A DNA stretch of 64,000 nt from Clostridia bacterium (GTDB taxonomy: Bacteria; Bacillota; Clostridia; UMGS1840), in contig JAZRFJ010000036.1 in assembly GCA_045661305.1 (NCBI GenBank), positions 2,379 through 66,378 of the forward strand. The letters run 5' to 3'. Positions 49,621 through 58,800 of the stretch are shown piece by piece (the first letter of the stretch is position 1; each line of letters begins with the position of its first letter). Both the position numbers and the translations under genes were made by a program. A model generated the notes under the pieces. The model worked only from the letters and a program-made list of their open reading frames with translations, was not told the DNA's origin and ran no database searches.

Positions 49621-50499
49621 CTAAGGCTTACAGCTTCCGCACGGAGTGAAGTTTTTATTTATAGCCTCATCTCTGGTACAAGTTAGATATTTTTTGTTTT
49701 TTTCTTTAATTGAGTCAACACTCTGACAATCAGGAATATGGAAAATTTTTGAATTCTTATTTGCTATAAATGTTACTTTATCTTCCTTCATATCAGTTTT
49801 TTTATAGGAATTCTCTGCTAATGAATTACTTCCGTCAGAATAATCAATTTCTACCCCCGGCTGAACATTATAGCAATAAACATTAAAGCATATACCCTCC
49901 CCATTATCCTCGACCGATTTTGCTTCAATAAGAACACCTGATGCAATAAGATTTTCACCTTCAAAAACAGGAGTAACTCTGTAAAGAACATGATTTTTGC
50001 TTTCCTTTATGTAATCAGCAACCATATTTTCAAACGGTAACATTCCATAAATATTCAAGTAACGAGTTCCTGTTATTAAATTTTTTTCATTCGCGTTTTC
50101 ACCAGTAAGCTGAAAGGCAATAAGATGACATCTGTTATATAAATATTTACCATCAATAAAATCATATTTCGAGATTTGCCACCCTGAAGGCTTCACTTGT
50201 CCTATGTATTCCCTTTCTTCTGTTGGCATAAGCTCAATTCCGATATTTGAAAAAGCAACTCCGCATCTGTTAAGTTGGTCAGGCTCACTATATTTTTCAA
50301 AGCTCGTTGATGTATAATCCTCGTCAGTAAAAAAAGGAATATTTCCATTTATTTCTATATAGGCACTATCTGTATACTCAGGAATATCCGCCACACTAAC
50401 AGGATAGTGTTTATTATAGTTATTCTCTTGCGTACATACAACGAAGATAAGAATAAGAACGGATAGAATATATAAAACACTGTATTTTTTAATTTTCAT
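49621..50499 (-). CDS. Secreted/membrane-anchored DNA/RNA non-specific endonuclease (NucA/EndA-like) with a C-terminal Ada-type Cys4 zinc module
   Basis: N-terminal TM helix or signal peptide, NRCHLIAFQLTGENANEKNLITGTRYLN (the RGH-type active-site region) and a C-terminal FHIPDCQS...CGSC. Confidence 0.7.
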   Translation of the reverse strand: MKIKKYSVLYILSVLILIFVVCTQENNYNKHYPVSVADIPEYTDSAYIEINGNIPFFTDEDYTSTSFEKYSEPDQLNRCGVAFSNIGIELMPTEEREYIGQVKPSGWQISKYDFIDGKYLYNRCHLIAFQLTGENANEKNLITGTRYLNIYGMLPFENMVADYIKESKNHVLYRVTPVFEGENLIASGVLIEAKSVEDNGEGICFNVYCYNVQPGVEIDYSDGSNSLAENSYKKTDMKEDKVTFIANKNSKIFHIPDCQSVDSIKEKNKKYLTCTRDEAINKNFTPCGSCKP

Positions 50500-50623
50500 A
50501 GTATAACTCCACTTTTTTGTCTTTAGTCGATACTTTATACACTATAATTATAAGATATACAAACCTTTTTGTCAATCATAATAAACAAATAAGAGAAATT
50601 TAAAAGTTTTTTTTCAAAAAGTA

Positions 50624-50652
50624 TTGACAAATAAAAAATGTTATGCTATAAT
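50624..50652 (+). promoter_or_regulatory. Consensus promoter of the tRNA-Ser pair (TTGACA-17-TATAAT)
   Basis: Exact hexamers with a 17-nt spacer, 19 nt upstream of the first tRNA. Confidence 0.7.
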
Positions 50653-50670
50653 ACCAAATGTTCGTGGCGT

Positions 50671-50757
50671 GGAGAGATGTCCGAGTGGTTTAAGGAGCTA
50701 GTCTTGAAAACTAGTGACTCGAAAGAGCCCAGAGTTCGAATCTCTGTCTCTCCGCCA
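50671..50757 (+). tRNA. tRNA-Ser(UGA), CCA encoded
   Basis: Acceptor GGAGAGA/TCTCTCC, anticodon loop CTTGAAA, long variable arm and T-loop TTCGAATC. Confidence 0.9.
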
Positions 50758-50810
50758 TTTTTCTTTTTATGGAGAACTTTTTAATTGAATATGTTAAAGA
50801 GTTCGGTCCT

Positions 50811-50901
50811 GGAGAAGTACTCAAGAGGCCGAAGAGGCGCCCCTGCTAAGGGTGTAGGGCGGGCAACCGTCGCGAGGGTTCAAATCCCTCCTTCTCCGCC
50901 A
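50811..50901 (+). tRNA. tRNA-Ser(GCU), CCA encoded; 3' end is the island attachment site
   Basis: Acceptor GGAGAAG/CTTCTCC, anticodon loop CTGCTAA, long variable arm and T-loop TTCAAAT. Confidence 0.9.
50889..50901. repeat. Left 13-bp direct repeat (attL core) TCCTTCTCCGCCA
   Basis: An identical 13-mer recurs at 63396-63408. Confidence 0.6.
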
Positions 50902-50923
50902 TTTATGCGCACAATTGCATAGC

Positions 50924-50957
50924 AAAAAAGAACAGCAAATTCGCTGTTCTTTTTTTG
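50924..50957. terminator. Bidirectional terminator between the tRNA and the recombinase gene
   Basis: Stem GAACAGC/GCTGTTC flanked by A6 and T8 runs. Confidence 0.7.
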
Positions 50958-50962
50958 TACCC

Positions 50963-52576
50963 TTATGTACGCTCAACATTATTCTTAAGGGTAAAAACTT
51001 CAGCAATGTTAAGTTCTATAACGATTCTGTCTTTGTAAACAGTTACGCACTTAACGTACTTATCAATCAACAACTTTTTGTTTTTCAAAGTGCCTTCTTC
51101 AAGCATTTTCTTTGCCTCTCTAAATAATACTTTCAGTCTTTTCTCATCTATTGATAACGAATCTAATTTTTTCTTAAGTTCATCACTATTAGCTTCCAGT
51201 AAAGCTTTTTTTATTTCCAGATCTCTCAATTTTTCTTTCAACGTAGGCGATTGCACATCCATAAGTAAATCGACTATGTGATTTATGTCTCGAACGCATT
51301 TTTTCACTTCTGCTGAGTTAACTTCAAGTTGATGTGCCGTTTCAACATTCTTAGTGCGGACATATTCATTATACCTATCAACAAGCAAAGGCACTGTTTT
51401 TTCATCGAAGATTATATCTGATAACTTTTTAAGTACAATTGCTTCAATTAGTTCTCTTCTGACCTCAGGATTCTTACACTTCATATTGCGATTCCGTTTA
51501 CTGCATCGGTAAGATACATAAAGAGGATGAGTCTCGTTTGCTTTTCTTGAACACCCATTAAACGTACTTCCACACTCACCGCAAACAATTTTATTCGACA
51601 GCAGATAATCCTGTTTAGCAGTGTAACTACCTGCCTTATTTTTACGACTCATTAGTTTCTTTTGAACCTCGTCAAAATCTTCTTTTGATATGATTGCAGG
51701 TACACCTCCTTCAACCCTTATAATTTCGCTGTCGGGTTTAGTTTTATGCCTGTTAAACTTTCCTTCAAAGTTCTTTGATGCTGATTTGTTGTAAGTGTAT
51801 ACACCAGTATATTTCTCATTGTGCAAAATCTCATATAAAGAGTTCTTGCCAAAAGGAAGGCCTCTCTTTGTTGTGTAACCTTTGCTGTTAAGTTCCTTAT
51901 TTATAGAAGTGTAGCTTTCGCCTTCAAGATAACGCTTAAAGATTATACGGACTGCTTCTGCTTCAAATTCATTGATTACTAATTTCATTGTTTGTGGGTC
52001 TACATCGTATCCTAAGCAAGGTTTTCCACCCGTGTGAAGACATTTTGAAGCATTAACACGTAAACCTTTCATAACCTCTCGAGCTAAATTTTTCGAGTAG
52101 TATTCGTTCATTCCCAAGATAACGCTTTCAAGAATAATAGACTCCGGGTCATCGGTCAAATGTTCAACCACAGATAAAAGTGAAACTCCAAACTTTTTAA
52201 GTGCATTTTTTGCAGTTAAAGAAAGGTTTCTGTCTCTCGCAAACCTGTCAAATTTATGCACAATAACTGCGTCAAATTCCTGATTTCTTGAATCAAACAT
52301 CATTCTTCTAAACTCAGGTCTGTTATCCGTTGTGCCTGTAATTGCTTTATCAATATAAGCTCTTGTAACAACATAACCGTTGCTCTCTGCATATGATTTG
52401 ATAGCTATAAGCTGAGCCTCGATGGATTCTTCTCTCTGCATATCAGACGAAAATCTTGCATATGCCACCGCTCTTTTTAGACCGCAATTCTCGTCATACT
52501 GAGCATCCATTATCTGTCTGTAAATATCTGTTTCTTCTATCGGTGTGTTAATAATGTTTATTGTATCTTCGCTCAT
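50963..52576 (-). CDS. Large serine recombinase (resolvase domain, recombinase domain, zinc ribbon, coiled coil)
   Basis: 537 aa with AYARFSSDMQ (catalytic Ser), DRFARD, a recombinase domain, the Cys motif CGECGS...C..C and a long C-terminal coiled coil. Confidence 0.9.
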   Translation of the reverse strand: MSEDTINIINTPIEETDIYRQIMDAQYDENCGLKRAVAYARFSSDMQREESIEAQLIAIKSYAESNGYVVTRAYIDKAITGTTDNRPEFRRMMFDSRNQEFDAVIVHKFDRFARDRNLSLTAKNALKKFGVSLLSVVEHLTDDPESIILESVILGMNEYYSKNLAREVMKGLRVNASKCLHTGGKPCLGYDVDPQTMKLVINEFEAEAVRIIFKRYLEGESYTSINKELNSKGYTTKRGLPFGKNSLYEILHNEKYTGVYTYNKSASKNFEGKFNRHKTKPDSEIIRVEGGVPAIISKEDFDEVQKKLMSRKNKAGSYTAKQDYLLSNKIVCGECGSTFNGCSRKANETHPLYVSYRCSKRNRNMKCKNPEVRRELIEAIVLKKLSDIIFDEKTVPLLVDRYNEYVRTKNVETAHQLEVNSAEVKKCVRDINHIVDLLMDVQSPTLKEKLRDLEIKKALLEANSDELKKKLDSLSIDEKRLKVLFREAKKMLEEGTLKNKKLLIDKYVKCVTVYKDRIVIELNIAEVFTLKNNVERT

Positions 52577-52694
52577 AAATTACACCTCATAAACTATTTT
52601 ATTCTAACTGTCCATAAGTCTTTGGTACAGGTGCATTAGTTTTCTATGGTAAGTATGAGGTTTTATCATTGGTGCAAATATGAGCAAATATGTA

Positions 52695-52808
52695 TTATGC
52701 TGCTTTTTCTTCTGTATACTTGTTATCTACGGAGTAGATAGCTTCAAGCAAAGCTTCAATATCATTTGTTGAGATGTTTACGATAAACTCTGTCTCTCGC
52801 TCTTTCAT
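52695..52808 (-). CDS. Possible 37-codon ORF (MKERETEFIVNISTNDIEALLEAIYSVDNKYTEEKAA)
   Basis: Its ATG overlaps the TGA of the upstream gene (ATGA). It is below the ORF-track cutoff and no homology was recognised. Confidence 0.25.
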   Translation of the reverse strand: MKERETEFIVNISTNDIEALLEAIYSVDNKYTEEKAA

Positions 52809-53200
52809 ATTTTAGTCTCCTTTCTCGATTCTGCATATTTAGCCATTTCAAGAATAACCATTTTTAAAATGGGAGTCAGATTTAAATCTATAATATGGAT
52901 ATCGATGTTGTTTTCAACCGCCAATTCCATAAGTTCCCTATTTTTTCTCGTGTTGCGACTAATCCTATCCATAGATTTTAAAGTTACTGATTTAACATAA
53001 CCTGCTTCCATCAAAATCTTCAAGGATTCTAAAACGGGCTTGTTTGCACCAAACTGTAGCTCGTTTAAAACAACAATGTTTTCTATAATTCCTTCTTTGG
53101 CTAAATACTTTCTGCAAATGTGCTCTTGTTCTCTTAGATTAGTTAAAGCATCTTTGGCAATAGCTTTGGCTGATGTATAAATAACATTTGTTTCCTTCAT
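52805..53200 (-). CDS. Resolvase-catalytic-domain-only protein that appears to lack the Ser nucleophile
   Basis: 131 aa from MKETNVIY (GGAGG RBS). It is collinear with the N-terminal domain of the large recombinase (..MDRISRN.. versus ..FDRFARD..), but YTSAKA replaces YARFSS and there is no DNA-binding domain. Confidence 0.55.
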   Translation of the reverse strand: MKETNVIYTSAKAIAKDALTNLREQEHICRKYLAKEGIIENIVVLNELQFGANKPVLESLKILMEAGYVKSVTLKSMDRISRNTRKNRELMELAVENNIDIHIIDLNLTPILKMVILEMAKYAESRKETKI

Positions 53201-53919
53201 TATTATTTCCTCCAAGTTTTAAGTTTTATAAATGCTTTTGGTGTTTCAGGGTTTTTCTTAAGAACTTGTAGATTTTATCCTATGTATTTTATTTATTAAA
53301 TCTTGCACCTCGCTTTCTTTTAAGTATTGAAGAGCTATAAACTCTGCTCGTGCTTAAAATGATGAATATCTATCGAAACTACAGATTTACGTCCAATTGT
53401 AATGAATTTGTGATATATAACCTGTCGATACCATGCTATATTTTTAACACAACATTCTAAAATTTTCATCAACAGTAGAACGCTCTCAAAAACTTACTTT
53501 TGACAAAATCGCTGTTGCAACATCTTACAGAAATCATATTTGGAGCTTCTTTGACATTACATTTATAACCCTCGATGTTCGAGCGAAACTTACATTATAC
53601 AACAATCCCTGACAAACTATATTATTAACTATGTATCAACTAATTAAACGCTTTTTATCTAATTTAGAAGCATCTAATTGACCAACCTATTAGGAATTTA
53701 GATAGTTTTATTTAGTAACGCCCGTCCCTATTTCTATTATATCCACTCAATAATCATTTTGTGCCACCATTTATTTTTTCTTCAAAACCTTAGGTTTTAA
53801 CCCCTTTTATCCCCAATTATATATTACTTATTTCAGAAATTGATTATAGGAAGCCCATTTTTATATTACGGAATTTCCCCCTTAGGAAAATCGAACCTTA
53901 GGAATCTTAACATAAAAAT

Positions 53920-53984
53920 ATCCACAGTTGGCATTAGTGTGTAGTGCTTTGACAGTTTTGCACACCAGTCCGCCAACTGTGGAT
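53920..53984. terminator. Long hairpin terminator after the 342-aa gene
   Basis: 13-bp outer stem ATCCACAGTTGGC/GCCAACTGTGGAT with T-runs on both strands, 16 nt after the stop codon. Confidence 0.65.
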
Positions 53985-53999
53985 TTTTATATCGACTAA

Positions 54000-55028
54000 T
54001 TATAAATTGAAATCAAGTTTTTCAAATTTTAAGTCATCCCTTCGTTCCACACCAAAAGAATCATCTTTTAATGTATATTCAAATCTTGCAGGCTTTTTAC
54101 AATCACCAGGTATCTCTTTTTCTGCCAAAATGGTGTTATTATAATAGGATGTTTCATCTACTGTTCTAATTGCTATCGTGTTCACAGCCTTGTTACCAAC
54201 AGAGTAAAGCATCTCCTCTACAATGTCGTAATCATTATCATATATAAGAATATAAGCATCCTGATTAGCTAAGATTTTATCCCTTATGTAAGACAAATTC
54301 TTTTTATTGACAAACAACAGTTGTTGTGGCTCGAGCTCTACATTTTCAAGGGTAACCTGATTTATAGCAGTTATTTTTAATGTTCCTTTGTCAGCCGATT
54401 TCTTCAAATCGCGCATCAATGCCTTTTTCTGGAATGTAGAATCAGCTATAATATTAGTCTTGACAGTTGAAAACCATAAATTATAAGATGTGTTATTCCT
54501 GCAAAAGCTGATGTTTGTTTCTGCTGAAAGTCCAAAATCATTAATGCCACTGCTTTCAAAGGCATATTTAAATACAATGTCTCCAAGTATATATATCTGT
54601 GGCTCGTCATTTATCTGAACCTCTGTACGAATATCTCGCCAACTTTCTGCAAAAAACTCAAACCGCAAGAATACACTGATATTCAGCTTTTCTGCCAACA
54701 TTAATGCTTCATTCAATTTCTTACCTGTACGGTCAAGGCAGACAACATAATCAGCGAACATAAAATCGCTTATAAAATTCATTACTATTTTTAGCTTCGT
54801 CATAAACGATAGGTCTTTAATTGTAAAGTTTCCATATTTCGTCTCGAGCCTTTCTCCATCAAGTTTCAGCACACCCTTTTCCTCTGCAATCAGTGCTTTG
54901 ATGTTGTCGTCAAACTCATAAAGTCCTTCTTTTACAGCATTGACGATGTCGATATCATAGAACTGCTCCGGTTCTATCAGTTTCAGATTGTTTAGATGTT
55001 TTTTGTGAGTATATATTTTCACACTCAT
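54000..55028 (-). CDS. Hypothetical 342-aa protein (orphan, island cargo)
   Basis: Clean ORF with an AGGAGG RBS at MSVKIYTHKK and its own terminator. Divergent from the HTH-RM unit. No catalytic motif was recognised. Confidence 0.6.
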   Translation of the reverse strand: MSVKIYTHKKHLNNLKLIEPEQFYDIDIVNAVKEGLYEFDDNIKALIAEEKGVLKLDGERLETKYGNFTIKDLSFMTKLKIVMNFISDFMFADYVVCLDRTGKKLNEALMLAEKLNISVFLRFEFFAESWRDIRTEVQINDEPQIYILGDIVFKYAFESSGINDFGLSAETNISFCRNNTSYNLWFSTVKTNIIADSTFQKKALMRDLKKSADKGTLKITAINQVTLENVELEPQQLLFVNKKNLSYIRDKILANQDAYILIYDNDYDIVEEMLYSVGNKAVNTIAIRTVDETSYYNNTILAEKEIPGDCKKPARFEYTLKDDSFGVERRDDLKFEKLDFNL

Positions 55029-55447
55029 ATAAATTACCTCCTTGTACATTTACCTTATACTAGATAAACGCTAAAATATCAGTTCAGTTATCTTTTTGAA
55101 AAGCTTTTTACCTATATAACCAGTATCACAAACGCACCCATTCAACAGCCTTGAAATTCGATGCGACTTCCTATACAAACATATCTCTACACCTCGAAAT
55201 ATGAATTTTCAAATTTTATTTTTTATAAAAATTTATACTTTGGAATGTACATGATTCTGTATCGTGATTTTTATGTCTACGGATAGGCGTTTTTTCTTTT
55301 GTACATTTTTTTGTTAGGCAGTTGTTGTTAAATATAGATTTAGATAATCAAACAAAATTGAAGTTGAACATTATCTTTATGTTACTCATCATAACAAGAA
55401 TGTACTAAGTGATTTATTACATTATTTTAACAAAATGCAGTTTTATA

Positions 55448-55476
55448 TTGACTTTTTGGGGTATTTATTGTAATAT
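55448..55476 (+). promoter_or_regulatory. Promoter of the HTH-RM unit (TTGACT-17-TAATAT)
   Basis: The hexamers and spacing were read directly. AGTAA/TTACT repeat motifs (55477-55505) follow before the RBS. Confidence 0.6.
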
Positions 55477-55519
55477 AGTAAAGTAGTTAGCTTACTTATT
55501 TACTTTTGGAGGTGATTGA

Positions 55520-55846
55520 GTGGCAAAAAAAGAATACGTAGAAGGAAGTTTCGGTGCATATTTTGTAAAGCTTATTAAAGACCACGATTATTCACAAGCG
55601 AAATTTGCTTCAGATTTAGGTGTATCAAAGACATATCTATTTGATGTGTTCAACGGACGAGTAAAGCCACCCACTCCCGATATGCAAGAACGCATTGTTG
55701 AGCTATTACGCCTGACTGATGAAGAAAAGAATGTTTTTTACAGTAAGGCTGCTGATGGACGGCATGAACTACCCAAAGATATTGTCGAGTATCTTACAAA
55801 TAACCGAGCTGAGATTGATGGTCTCAGAGAAAGAATGAGGGCGTAA
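55520..55846 (+). CDS. XRE-family HTH protein, probable controller (C) protein of the RM gene
   Basis: 108 aa with YSQAKFASDLGVSKTYLFDVFNG (helix-turn-helix). GTG start with a GGAGG RBS. Its stop abuts the RM gene start (TAAGTGATG). Confidence 0.75.
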   Translation: MAKKEYVEGSFGAYFVKLIKDHDYSQAKFASDLGVSKTYLFDVFNGRVKPPTPDMQERIVELLRLTDEEKNVFYSKAADGRHELPKDIVEYLTNNRAEIDGLRERMRA

Positions 55847-58800
55847 GTGATGAAAATAAGTAAGGATAGTATAAAAGAATTAATAGCAATAATGGGATAT
55901 ATACCCGAAGATGGAACTGACAATATTTTCTATAAGAAGTATTCGCAACACAAAGATTATGTTATTCGGGTTAATTTCAACACTTCAAAAATTGAATATC
56001 GCGAGAGTGATATAAAGCCAGAGGATGGCATCCAATGGGGAGATTTAACTACAAGTAATTTTGAAAATTCTGAGAACTTTGTTGTACTTGAGTGCATAGA
56101 CAGGCTGTTAGAAAAAGGCTATGCTCCCAAAAATTTGTATTTAGAATACAAATTTCCATTAGGAAGAAATGAAAAGGGGAAACTAGATATCCTTGTTTTT
56201 GACAATGATGGTAAAGCTTACTTGATGATTGAATGCAAAACCTGGGGTGTTGAATTCGCAAAAGAAGAAAAGAAAATGCTTAAGGATGGTGGTCAACTTT
56301 TCTCGTATTTTGTTCAAGATAAGGCTACTAAGTATTTATGTCTCTATACTTCTCAAAAGAATGAGACAGATATTGAATATAAAAATAATATCATTAAAGT
56401 TGATGAAGCATGGACTGAGTTAACTAACCAAAAAGAGATTCATGATCATTGGAATAAAAACACCAAAGATAATGGAATCTTTGAGGAATGGGCAAATGCT
56501 TATGACGTTGAAATAAAGGCGTTAGTTCGTAGCAGATTGTTACCGCTTACTAAAGATGATAGTGGTAGGATTTTTAACCAATTTGCAGAAATTCTCCGAC
56601 ACAATGTTGTTTCTGACAAACCTAATGCTTTTAACAAGATTCTTAATCTATTTATATGCAAAATCATTGACGAAGATAAGAATGATAACGAACAGGTTGA
56701 ATTTCAATGGTTAGAAGATGATACTGATGAAAGCTTACAAATTAGATTAAATGACCTTTACAAGCAAGGTATGCACAGATTTTTGGATATTGATGTTACT
56801 GACTTTTCAGAAAATGATATTGCCAGTACCTTAGCTGATGTTTCTGATAGCAATGCTCAAAAAGTAATTCGAGATATGTTTGTGAAACTTCGTTTGCAGA
56901 AAAATCCTGAGTTTGCTTTTATTGAAGTTTATGACGATACATCTTTTAAATTAAATGCAAGAGTTGTTCGCGAGGTTGTCGAATTGCTCCAACCATATCA
57001 ATTTAGATACGGACATAAGCAACAGTTTTTAGGCGATTTTTTTGAATTGCTGTTAAATACAAGTATCAAGCAAGAAGCTGGACAGTATTTTACACCTGTT
57101 CCAATTACAAGATATATTGTATCTTCTTTGCCTATAAAAGAGTTGATTGAGCGCAAATTAAAGGCAAATGAAGCTGAAATGTTGCCGTCGGTAATTGATT
57201 TTGCCTGCGGTACAGGACATTTTCTTACCGAGTATATGGATAGAGTTCAATCAATCATAGAAAATGAAATTGATATTAGTAAAGCTAAACCAATAGCCCG
57301 AAAAAAATTGCAGGGATGGATTGACTATGATAAATTTGGTTGGGCTGGTGATTATGTATACGGTATTGATGCTGACTATCGACTTGTCAAATCTTCAAAA
57401 GTAAGTTCATTTCTTAATGGTGACGGAGAAGCGAACATCATTAGAGCAAATGGCCTTGACAATTTTGAAAATTCAAAGGAATATAAGGGGAAACTGAGAC
57501 TTACAAGCAACGAGGACCACAAAGATAATGCACAGTTTGATATTTTAATTGCGAATCCACCATATTCTGTAAATTCTTTTAAATCTACTATAAAAAATGG
57601 CGAAGAATCATTTGAATTATTCAACAAGTTCACAGATAAGAGTTCCGAAATAGAATGTTTATTTATTGAACGAATGAAACAATTGCTTAAAGTTGGAGGA
57701 TATGCTGCAATCATTTTACCAATTACAGTCTTGAGCAATTCAGGAGTATGCATAGCCACAAGAGAACTTTTGCTGAAATATTTTAAAATAGTTGCTATAA
57801 CTGAATTTGGTACTAAAACATTTATGGCAACAAATTCAAATACAGTTGCACTTTTCTTAGAACGTAGAGCAAATACAGACCACAAACTCATACAAAATGC
57901 AGTAAATTCTTTTTTTGACAAACCTAAAGAAAGCACTGTTTTAGGAATTGAAAAGGCATTTAGTAAATATGTTTTAAGTGTATATGAGGATATTTCACTT
58001 GAGGATTATATTTCCTTCGTTCAAAGAACTCCAAACGAAGTGTTCAAAGAACAGGAATTATACAAAGACTATAAGAAATGGTTTGAATCTCAGAGCTTTT
58101 TAAAGAAATTAAAAACAAGCAAAACCTTTATACAAAAAAGCAAAGACGAGCAAGATGATATTATTACTAATTTGTTCTTCGAAAAAATCTTTGAGCTTGA
58201 AAAGGATAGAATGCAATACTTCTTACTTTCGTATGGGCAAAATGTACTTGTTACAAAAGCAAGCAATAAGAAGATAGAAAAACGAATACTCGGCTATGAG
58301 TTTTCTACTCGCAGAGGACATGAAGGAATCAAAATGTTAAAATCGGGAACAAAATTATACGATATCAACAATCAATATAGTCCTGATAAACTAAACTATT
58401 ATGTATACAATGCCTATCTGAAGAATGTTATAGACAGCACAAAAGAATTACATAACATTGTTAGTTCTTCCACTTTAAATGATTTAATTAATTACAAGGC
58501 TGTAATTTTAGAAAAAACGATTAATATTAATGCAACCAAGAAGATAGCTTTAATAAGTAAGTATAAATCATTTCCTTTAGATACAATAGCAAAATTTCAG
58601 GATGGATTATGGAAGGGCGACAAGGGTGAAATGGTTTTAACCAAAGTGTTAAGAAATACGAATTTTAAATCTAATACTGGTCGTCTTGATTTTTCAGACA
58701 TTGCTGAAATTGATGTCGAAGTAGGTCAATTAGAAAGCAGAGTTTTAGAAGATGGAGATATTTTATTAGAAAAATCTGGTGGAAGCCCCACTCAACCTGT

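Noticed and set aside
50821-51006. 61-aa minus-strand ORF overlapping tRNA-Ser(GCU)
   Set aside because: It lies antisense across a tRNA gene and a terminator, so it is spurious.
57376-57936. 186-aa minus-strand ORF inside the RM gene
   Set aside because: Antisense to the methyltransferase core, whose motifs are intact on the plus strand. No RBS.
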